Positions 8,640 to 17,800 of a stretch of DNA of 32,000 nt are shown one piece after another. The stretch's first letter is position 1. Every line of letters begins with the position of its first letter. The DNA is taken from contig NC_008312.1 in the NCBI RefSeq assembly GCF_000014265.1, positions 2,250,001 through 2,282,000 on the forward strand. The letters run 5' to 3'. A program made the position numbers and the translations under genes. The DNA comes from Trichodesmium erythraeum IMS101. Lineage in GTDB: Bacteria; Cyanobacteriota; Cyanobacteriia; Cyanobacteriales; Microcoleaceae. A model generated the notes under the pieces. It was not told the DNA's origin. It did no database searches and saw nothing but the letters and a program-made list of their open reading frames with translations.

Positions 8640-10496
8640 TTAGCTATAACCAAATTCTTGCAAAGCTGCTTCGCATACTTCGCTACATAAAACTTGCAAA
8701 GAAGCTGGCATTTCATACTGCCAGTCTCCCAGTAATGCCTCTGGTTTCGAGTTATTTTTTGTTATTTTTTTCAACATAGTATTAATAACTTCCTGAGAAC
8801 TATTAACACTTAAATATTCCAAAATCCCCCTTAAAGTTGGTTCTGGAGATAAAATTAAATCCTCGTATTTTACAAAATAAATGTGAGGCGATCGCTCCTT
8901 CCATCTGGCAAGTAAACTACCAACAGAATATTTGCCAAAATGATAGACAAACTGTTGATAACTCTTAAATTTTTTTGAATCAAAACCCGCACATTTACGC
9001 CCGCTAAAAGGTAGCATAGAGTAAACTACATCTCGAAAATCACGAACCAAAATAATTTCCTTACCCTCTGGATATAATTCGGATAAAAGATTTAAAAATT
9101 TAGGACGGGAAATATCATATCTTTCTACAAAATAAGTAATTTCTGATGCTTCAGCTTGAACATTTGAATAGAAACCATCAATACTTTCCAGACAGAAGCT
9201 TCCTAAATTTTCTGGATAAGTTTGCTCTCTCCAAAAAGATAAGTTTGATAGTTTGAACCGTTGTTCCTTGCTCCTCAAATTTCTCTGAGTACTAGCATCA
9301 AAAATTCCATTTTCTGACGATAACTCAGCCAACAACTTTAACCAATAATAACTAGGTGGAGTATCATTAGTTGACTCACTTATTCCTACCAGAGATGGAT
9401 GTCCCACCAAAAGTTGCAATAGCTGTTCGGCACCCGAAGGTCCAATAGATGATATAGCCAGAGGTTGTATCTTTGGACTGTACCAAGACTTTAACCCCTG
9501 CAAGCGTCGAAATTTGATATTTCCCAAGGGAAAGCGACTACCATTTTCCAGAACTGCTTGTAAAGTTAGTTCAGATGCCATTGGCAGACCCAGTAGTCCT
9601 ACCCTGATGCTAAAACCACTATTTTTAGCTGCTGGTATTTCGGGGAATTGTTTGCTTACTCCTGGACGAGCTATATCCACTGGGACTGTTTCTACAACTA
9701 TACCCTCACTGACTACTTCTACTGTAACTACCTGATACTTTTGGCCTAGAACCCAACCTATTATAGGTAGAAAATAGGTATTCAAACGGTCTCCTTTTTT
9801 TAGTGAATCTATATTACATCCTCTAAATTCTTGTTGGATAAACTCTGGAAAATTTGCCCCAAAGCTCACATTACTAATTTCTACTAAAGCTTTTTCTTTC
9901 ATTTTCCTTACTTGAATACTATCTTGATTTTTGGGGGAAGCATTGTGTTTTCTATCCCAGGTTTCTAAAGCTAATTCTAAATTACCTTTAGCACCTATTT
10001 TTTGCCAAAACTCTCTAAAATTTTCTTGAGCATTTTCGACCTTAAATACAATTTTGTGAGATTTGTCTTTCAAAAATAATTGAATATTTTTTGTTACTGT
10101 CTCATAATAATCTTCACAAACTTCTAGGTCATTCTCAAGTTGGCGATCGCCTCTCACTAAAATAGCTCGTCCATAAGCATTAATAATACTTGCTGGCAAA
10201 TTCCATCGCTTGTTAATACTAATAGCAGTTTTCTGTTTATTTCTAATTAAATGAACGTAAAAAGCATTATCTCCATATAGCTCATCTAAATAACCCAAAA
10301 ACCAAGCCAAACGATTATCTACTTCTATATGATTTTCTGGATATACTACCCTTTTTTTTCCTAACAATCCACTGTTTGATTCATGGGCTACTCTATAATT
10401 AGATATATAGGTGCAAGCTTTAGCAAAAGTGTAAGAACTAGACCTAGGCGTACATAATACAAATACATTCATTCCCATAATTTTTTTCCTCTTCAT
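8640..10496 (-). CDS. Double sulfotransferase-like protein: N-terminal sulfotransferase-like domain, 'GW' module, C-terminal sulfotransferase domain
   Basis: 618-aa ORF. N-terminus has 'VLCTPRSSSYTF' (P-loop-like) and 'FYVHLIRNKQKTAIS'. aa ~205-332 'IIGWVLGQK...ARPGVSKQFP'. The C-terminal domain, 'SSIGPSGAEQLLQLL' and 'IILVRDFRDVVYS', is collinear with the 1946..3229 product. The true start may be an internal Met (MGMNVF). Confidence 0.75.
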   Translation of the reverse strand: MKRKKIMGMNVFVLCTPRSSSYTFAKACTYISNYRVAHESNSGLLGKKRVVYPENHIEVDNRLAWFLGYLDELYGDNAFYVHLIRNKQKTAISINKRWNLPASIINAYGRAILVRGDRQLENDLEVCEDYYETVTKNIQLFLKDKSHKIVFKVENAQENFREFWQKIGAKGNLELALETWDRKHNASPKNQDSIQVRKMKEKALVEISNVSFGANFPEFIQQEFRGCNIDSLKKGDRLNTYFLPIIGWVLGQKYQVVTVEVVSEGIVVETVPVDIARPGVSKQFPEIPAAKNSGFSIRVGLLGLPMASELTLQAVLENGSRFPLGNIKFRRLQGLKSWYSPKIQPLAISSIGPSGAEQLLQLLVGHPSLVGISESTNDTPPSYYWLKLLAELSSENGIFDASTQRNLRSKEQRFKLSNLSFWREQTYPENLGSFCLESIDGFYSNVQAEASEITYFVERYDISRPKFLNLLSELYPEGKEIILVRDFRDVVYSMLPFSGRKCAGFDSKKFKSYQQFVYHFGKYSVGSLLARWKERSPHIYFVKYEDLILSPEPTLRGILEYLSVNSSQEVINTMLKKITKNNSKPEALLGDWQYEMPASLQVLCSEVCEAALQEFGYS

Positions 10497-10561
10497 TTGT
10501 CAAGCTAAAAAATAAAATTTACTCCTAAACATTCAGTTCTCAAGAATAATATCCCCATCTT

Positions 10562-10576
10562 AAAAAAAGGGGGGGG
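10562..10576. repeat. Adjacent homopolymer tracts A7 and G8
   Basis: taAAAAAAAGGGGGGGGtaa read directly. Lies 66-80 nt upstream (on the minus strand) of the 8640..10496 start codon. Confidence 0.9.
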
Positions 10577-10810
10577 TAAATGAATATATAACAATCCAAA
10601 AATAGGTTATTAAAACTTTTATAATAGTTAATTTAAAAGAAAAGCATGAGTAAATTATGACTCCTGAATACTACCAAAATATTACAACTAAAATAGGATG
10701 GCTATAGATATTTTTAGTCTGCTTTTGTAGCCAGATTTAATTATGATTAATGAATAAAGCTATGATCTAAAACTAAAAAATGGCTGATACCTAACAGCTA
10801 ATTCCTAAAT

Positions 10811-12151
10811 TTACTCGAATTTAAAATAATTAGCTTTATATACTCTTAGACCTTTTTCAGAATTAATTTTTTGCGCAACATCATCCAGATTAGGATGTCT
10901 CCCGTGAAGTATTTTTACAGTTCCACATACAAAAAATGGGAAAGGAAATCGACAATTATATTCTGCTGTTAAAGTAGCTATTCTCAATTGACTATTAAAT
11001 AATGCTTCTCTAAAACTAGGTTGATCTGGTTCTCCTGACTTATATAATTTTACCCAATATTCAAAAAACTTTTTCACTTCTGGAGACTTCTTAAATAAAA
11101 TGACTCCTGTATTCATTTGTTGATAACATTCTGGCACTCCATTAACAATACCCGGTATTTTTGTTGGAGCATGAACTGCTGCAATATCAAAATTATCTAA
11201 GATAGCAAATAACTCGGAAAAATCTTCACATATATAAGTATCAGTATCCAGAAATAAAGTGTATTCATAAGGAGAATCATACATATAAACTACTTTATCT
11301 TCAAAGCTATAATATGACTTCTTTACTACCACAGATTTATCAAATTCTTGCTCATTAACTTCTTGATTAGCAAAAATTGTGACTGGAATATTCGGCATTT
11401 TAGCTTTTAAACTTGCTGCAGAAATCTTTGCTTCCTCAATATATTTCTTACCCATTGCTATGTAAACTACCCCTAGAGCTTGGGGGGGATGAAATTGCAA
11501 TTTCACTGAAGCCAGAGGAACAATAGTTTTATCTTTAAGAACAGCTCTAATCGTCAAATCTGCTGTGGTTTTTTGTGGCATTCCAGCTATTCCTAATTCG
11601 GCTACAAAACCACATTTTTTAGCTTTTGGTAATTTTTGATAATGTTTAGCTACACCTAGTCGCTGTTTTCTAATCAAAGCCTGATTAATTACCCGCTCGT
11701 CTTTAACTATTTCTATTTTCATAGCTGGAGATTTTTTCCCTAAAACCCAACCAATTATTTCTATGACATAACTATTAAATTTATCTCCTTTTTGCGGTAA
11801 ATCTATATTGAATCCCCACAGGTAAGCGTCCACAGGTTCTAAAATAATATCTATTATTTCTACAATGGAATTTTCAACTGTTTGAGAACATCTTGTCATA
11901 TTTTTACTTTTAAGCTTTTTCGGTATAATTTCTTGAGTGGTAGGAACAATAGGTGATTGTGCTACTCTCGGTTCCTGATTTTTTTTAAATTCTTCTACCC
12001 ACTTACCAAGTTTATTAGAATATTCTTCTAATACTTGTTTATGTTTATTTATTTGAGAAGAATATTGTGTCAATAGAGCCTTTTTATCCCCTAGTTTAAC
12101 AGGTAATTCTGGCAAATTTTTCTGATTTTTTTGATATTTTTTTTTATCCAA
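10811..12151 (-). CDS. 'GW' module fused to a GT-A-fold (GT8 / nucleotide-diphospho-sugar transferase-like) glycosyltransferase
   Basis: 446-aa ORF. aa ~95-220 'GFNIDLPQKGDKF...IIGWVLGKKSP'. The C-terminal half has 'VVYIAMGKKY', a DxD motif 'FLDTDTYICEDF' and 'NTGVILFKKS'. Confidence 0.75.
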   Translation of the reverse strand: MDKKKYQKNQKNLPELPVKLGDKKALLTQYSSQINKHKQVLEEYSNKLGKWVEEFKKNQEPRVAQSPIVPTTQEIIPKKLKSKNMTRCSQTVENSIVEIIDIILEPVDAYLWGFNIDLPQKGDKFNSYVIEIIGWVLGKKSPAMKIEIVKDERVINQALIRKQRLGVAKHYQKLPKAKKCGFVAELGIAGMPQKTTADLTIRAVLKDKTIVPLASVKLQFHPPQALGVVYIAMGKKYIEEAKISAASLKAKMPNIPVTIFANQEVNEQEFDKSVVVKKSYYSFEDKVVYMYDSPYEYTLFLDTDTYICEDFSELFAILDNFDIAAVHAPTKIPGIVNGVPECYQQMNTGVILFKKSPEVKKFFEYWVKLYKSGEPDQPSFREALFNSQLRIATLTAEYNCRFPFPFFVCGTVKILHGRHPNLDDVAQKINSEKGLRVYKANYFKFE

Positions 12152-12895
12152 TTTTTATGATGCCCGATTTTTTTATGTAAGTATTCGGCTATTAGTAGTA
12201 AACTTTCAGCTTTTTAATCAAGCAAACATTAGTTTAATTTAATAGCTTCATAAGATAATGAAGCTATGAAGCTAATAGCTATTATTTTTTGTGCGTTCAA
12301 AGCTTTATTAATTCACTCATCATTAAATCTTACTACAAAAGACTGAGTTAACTTTGAAGCCTGTATTCATTTCAACTTTCTCTTTAAAAGGACAATACTA
12401 TACCATTTATTAAAAACTTTTCAACCTGTATTTTCAGCAGGATACCAACCCATAACCCCGATCATGGAGGAGAAGTAGCTAGGGACTTTTTATAGAATCT
12501 CTGTACAGGTAAATATGTTCCATGTAACTTCCGTACAACATAAGAATAATTAACACAATAAGGGGAGGGTTAATGGTGCAAGAAGACTATTGGTACCTAT
12601 GTTAATTACTTAATAACTCAAGCCCTAATTATAGCATTAATACATGGAAGGTGGTATTATTAATTTTAACTGACAGCTAATAGCTGAATATTTACAACTA
12701 TAATTTTTGAGACTTTCATCTAAAAAAGAGAAAGGCTCATGAGTACTATCTCGAGAAATTAAAAAATACTACAGTAACTTATTCAAGATAAAACAATCAA
12801 TTAAAATGGTGTATAAATTCAAAAGAAGCGATCGCTCACCTCTTCAATGTGTCAAAAAATCATAAATAACAACCAACAACTAACAAGCAACAAAA

Positions 12896-13981
12896 ATGAA
12901 ATTTTTTAAACCAACGGAACCCGTATTAACTAGGGGTAAACTTGAAAAATCAATTATGGTAGATGGTACGGTACATTTACAAGGTTGGGTAACATCCTTC
13001 GAGCAGAAAAAATTAGATGGAATGCTAGTTTCTATCGCTGGCCAGGAATTTAGAAACATTGAATTAACCTACAACTTACCTTCTCCAGGGGTCAAAAAAA
13101 AATATCCCTACATTCCAGGAACGGAAAAAGCTAGATACCAGATCCGAATACCTCTGACAAAGCAACAGCAAAAGCAATTTAAAAATTCTTTGGTTTTGTT
13201 AACTCCCTCATTAGATGGGCAACCTGGTGGAATAATGACGAACGCTTTAGAACCCTCTTTGCCTATTCCTCCTCATGAATACATTAAGTTTGTAGGGGGG
13301 CATTTTACAGATGTGGGTTTCAACTTTCTCGGTTATTAGATCCAAATGGTAGGTTTGGAACCGACGGACAAAGTCTTAGATATTGGTTGCGGTGTAGGCC
13401 GCATTGCTTATCCTTTAACCTATTATCTAAAAGATGGAGGTGGATATGAGGGTTTTGATATTAGTGAAAAGTTAATTAAGTGGGCTAAATCTGAAATTAG
13501 TTTGAGGTTTCCTAATTTCAATTTTCAGGTAGTCGATATCCATAATAAAATGTACAATCCTGAAGGAAATGTTCAAACTTTGGATTTTGTATTTCCCTAC
13601 CAGGATAAAAGTTTTGATTGGGTTGTGTTAACTTCGGTGTTTACTCATTTGCAGGCAAAGGAAGTCCGACATTATCTGGATGAAATTACTAGGGTATTAA
13701 AACCTCGCGGTCGATGTTTGTGTACTTGTTTTCTCTTAAACCCTGAGTCAGAAGCAGCAATGACCAAAAATAAAAAGGCTCGTCAAATTGTACATCCACT
13801 TGAGGAGTGTTTTACCGCCACTCCCAAGATACCAGAGTCTACTATTGGTTATAAAGAAGGGTTACTTTTAGGCTGGATGCAAGAACGAGGGTTAAGTCTA
13901 GCGGGAAAATATTATGGTCATTGGTGTGGGCGGAGAAAGTTTACCAGTCATCAAGATATATTGGTATTGCAAAAAAGTTAG
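12896..13981 (+). pseudogene. 'GW' module + class I SAM methyltransferase, interrupted by one in-frame TAG (13337..13339)
   Basis: ORFs 12896..13339 and 13346..13981 are in the same frame. Together they are collinear to the very C-terminus with aa ~258-614 of the 45..1889 product ('FLGY*IQMVGLEPTDKVLDIGCGVGRIAY' vs 'LLGSLIQRLGLQPTDYILDIGCNIGTVAY'; 'ILVLQKS' vs 'LLVLEKS'). Confidence 0.75.
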
Positions 13982-14474
13982 GGCAAATGGTCTGGCAATG
14001 GTATTGTAAAAATTTATTTAAATGTTGGTTAACGACCAGTGCTTTTCAGAGATTACTTTTGACTTTCTTAATGGTAAATCAACACTTTTAGGTGGACAAA
14101 ATGCTTCAAAGCCAGCTTAGACATGGGAATTAGGTGGATGTAATGAAAATAGCTCAAAGCCATGGTCCTACCCTAATTTATACCTTTTTGATCTAAAAGC
14201 CTTTGCAAGCCCAGACTTGATCATGTTTAATGACTCCTTGGCAGCTTTTGTCTAATTAAATGGGAGACCTAATTTTTGGATTATAGATTACTTTTGATTT
14301 TTTACTTTTGAGTGATGTTGATGCAATTTATAAATTTATTTTACTTTTGCCTTTGCCTTCAATAGTCAAAATACATATTGGTTTCCTAATGCTTATTCAC
14401 TTATGTATTTACCTGCATACTGTTCATTTAGAATGACCGATATATTGTGAAGTTTTATCGCTCAAAGAATTTGC

Positions 14475-14762
14475 TTGGAAAACGGTTGGCGGATTTTGTT
14501 TCACAGTCTAACTATTTATCAAGAGCGTAATATTCATACTCTAATGAAAGATTTTGAACAAGAAATTCCTGGCTATCTCCACAATGAAAAAATAGCAAAG
14601 TTATTATCTGAAGTTAAACTGATAACGGGAAAAAATGAAATATTAGATAACCTCGGAAAATGCTACGATCCTTTAATTGAAAATGAAATATTCCCACCAA
14701 AAGAAGGAGATTTACTGGAAGCTGGGCTTAAAGATATAAACTCAGTAATCACAATAAAATAG
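14475..14762 (+). CDS. Hypothetical small protein (TTG start in the track; first ATG gives ~72 aa)
   Basis: ORF only, with no recognisable motif. Ends 60 nt upstream of the giant TPR-glycosyltransferase gene on the same strand. Confidence 0.3.
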   Translation: MENGWRILFHSLTIYQERNIHTLMKDFEQEIPGYLHNEKIAKLLSEVKLITGKNEILDNLGKCYDPLIENEIFPPKEGDLLEAGLKDINSVITIK

Positions 14763-14822
14763 TTTCTAGCCCATGACAATTCTACCGAGAATCAGAAGTA
14801 TAGTCTTTCTTAACAATAAACT

Positions 14823-17800
14823 ATGAGAGAAATGAATTCTTTATCATCACTTAATTCAGAAACTCCAACCCAATACTTCCAACAAGGCCAACAAGCTGTA
14901 GCAGCAGGCCAACTAGAAAAAGCTGTTACTCTCTACAAAAAGACTATCGAACTGAATCCTAACTTGGCCTTGTATCAGCAAAATTTAGGAGATGTTCTAG
15001 CTAAAATAGGTAAATGGGAAGAAGCAGCTACAGTCTATCAAAAAGCGATAGAACTAAAACCTACTTCTGCATTATCTCATTACAACTTGGGAAATGTCCA
15101 AGAAAAACAAGGTCAGTTGGAACAAGCGATCGCTTCTTATTCCCAGGCCATTAAGATTAATCCTAATTTCTCAGAATTATACATTAGTTTGGGATCAGCC
15201 TTAGTCCAGAAAGGGTTACTTTATGAAGCGATCGCCAATTTCCAAAAGGCTATATCCCTAGAACCTGAATCTAGTATTGCCCATCAAAACTTAGGAGTGG
15301 CTTTAGAAAAACAAGGTCAGATTGAAGAAGGGATAATCTGTTATCGCAAAGCTATTGAAATTGACCCTGGCTTCTGGGAAGGATACCAAAAGTTAGGAAT
15401 AGCCTTGACAAAACAGGGAGAATTCCATCAAGCTGCCAAAATTTATTTAAAGGCTTGTCAAATAATTCCTAATTCTGCTACGGTTTATCATCATTATGGG
15501 GAAACTCTGGCCAAATTGCGTCGGTGGGATGAGGCTATTGCTGCTTATCGTCAAGCAATAAAACTTGAAGCAAATTCCCCCGTTATTTATCATCAATTTG
15601 GATATGTTCTAACCCAAAAACAACAATGGGAAGAAGCTATATCTGCTTATCGCCAGGCAATCAAAATTAAACCAAACTCCCCAGATGTTTATCACCATCT
15701 TGGTGACGCTCTGACTCAACAGCAAAATTGGGAAGAAGCTGTAGGAGCTTACCGCAAAGTAACGGAACTCCAGCCCAATTCCCCAGAAGTTTATCATTAT
15801 TTCGGATATGCCCTCTCTCAACTCCAACAATGGGAGGAAGCTATAGTTGCTTACCGCAAAGCTTCTGAACTTCAACCTAACTCTCCAGATGTGCATCATC
15901 AGTTAGGCCATGCTTTGATTGAATTGAAACAAAATGATTGGGCCGTCGTAGAACTCCGCCAGGCCGTGGAACTTAATCCTAACTTAGCTGAAGCTTACAG
16001 GGACTTGGGCAGAGCTTTGAGTAATATTAAGCAGTGGGATGAGGCGATCGCTTCTTTCCAAGGTGCCATTGAACTTAATCCTAACTTAGCTGAAGTATAT
16101 GGTTATTTAGGGAAAGCTTATGCCTCACAAAAACAGTGGGATGAAGCTATTGTTAATTATGGCCATGCTCTAAAACTTAACCCCAAGTTGCCGGAAGTTC
16201 ATCATAATCTAGCTTTAACTTTGGTGCAGCAACAAAAATTTGATGATGCTATTGTCAGTTATGGTCAAGCTATTGAACTAGGTATTAATACAGCAGAAAT
16301 TCACCATCAGTTAGGTCATACCTTGAGTAAACTGAAACGGTGGGATGAGGCAGTTATCAGTTATCGCCAGGCAGCAGAAATTAATCCTAATTCGGCCGCA
16401 GTTTATCATGTCCTGGGGGAAAGTCTGGCTCAACTAGAAAAGTGGGATGAAGCTGTGGCTGCTTATACTAAAGCTAGTCAACTTCACCCTAAATCTGCTG
16501 ATGTGAGGTACCATATTGGGGAAGTTATGTCAAGATTAGGTAGATGGGATGAAGCAGTGGAAGCTTATGGGAAAGCTGTAGAATTAAGACCATCATCGGC
16601 AAAGTTTCATTTTCAGTTAGGGGAAGCTAAGACTAAAAAAAATCCATTAACTGAAGCAATAAGTTGTTATCGTCGTGCTTTAGAAATAGACCCTCATTTT
16701 TCTAAGGCTAAGAAAAAATTAGAAGAAGTTTCATCATTTCAAAATGTCCTGAGAACAGGGGAACTTGGTAGCCTAAGTTTGTTAGGAGAAACAGAATTTG
16801 AAGGTTGTCTTGATTATGCCACTATCGACTATGTTTCTGGTTGGGCAAGACATAAAAAAGATCCTGAAAAAGTTGTATTTCTTGATATTTTTGTCGGCAA
16901 TAATTTAGTTGGTACATTAGTCGCAAATAAATATCGTCAAGATTTAGCAGAAGCTTTTGATACTCACGGATATCATGCTTTTGCTCATAAAATTCCTCCA
17001 TCTTTACATAGTAATGGTTTAGTTGAAGTTAGTGTCAAAATAACAGAAACAGGTCAACAACTAAAAAATTCTCCTAAACCATTAGTAGTCGGACCAAAAG
17101 GTCAAAAACATGAAATTAATCTCAGTTTTAATCAGGGAGAAATTAATAAACTTATCTATCGCCTTCAAAAGGTAAAAACTCAGAAGTTAAAATTCACAAG
17201 TCAGATACCACCAGCAAAAATTCAGACAGAAAAACCAGCAGTAGCAGTAATTATTTTGAGTTTGAATGGAGCAAAACTATTAAAAGAGTTATTTGCTTCC
17301 TTTGAAATTTACAACAGCTATGAAAATTTTGAATTAATAGTAGTAGACCACGGGTCAATAGATAATACTATTGATGTTTGTAACCAGTGGTCAGAAAAAT
17401 TACCAATTACAATTATTGCCAGGGGAGATAATTATTCTTTTTCCAACTCAAATAATGTGGGAGTGAACCAAACAAAAGCTCCTTTATTGCTATTTATGAA
17501 TAATGATATTACTTTTTGCCAAGACATTATTCCCCAGATGGTTGATTTAATTCAAGCAGATGAAAATCTAGGAATGGTAGGAGTAAAATTATTAGATATA
17601 GTCAGCGATCGCTCCTTAGCTTTTCCTCCTACTCAACATTTAGGAGTACAGTTATATTTCCACAGTCAAAATGAGCCTTTTTATCCTTATGAAGTTCGAT
17701 ATGCTCCTCAATTATTAAAAGTACAATCTGCTCCTTGGAAAGTGCCTGTTGTTACTGGAGCATTAATGATGTGTCGGCGTGAAGATTTTCAGAAAGTTGG

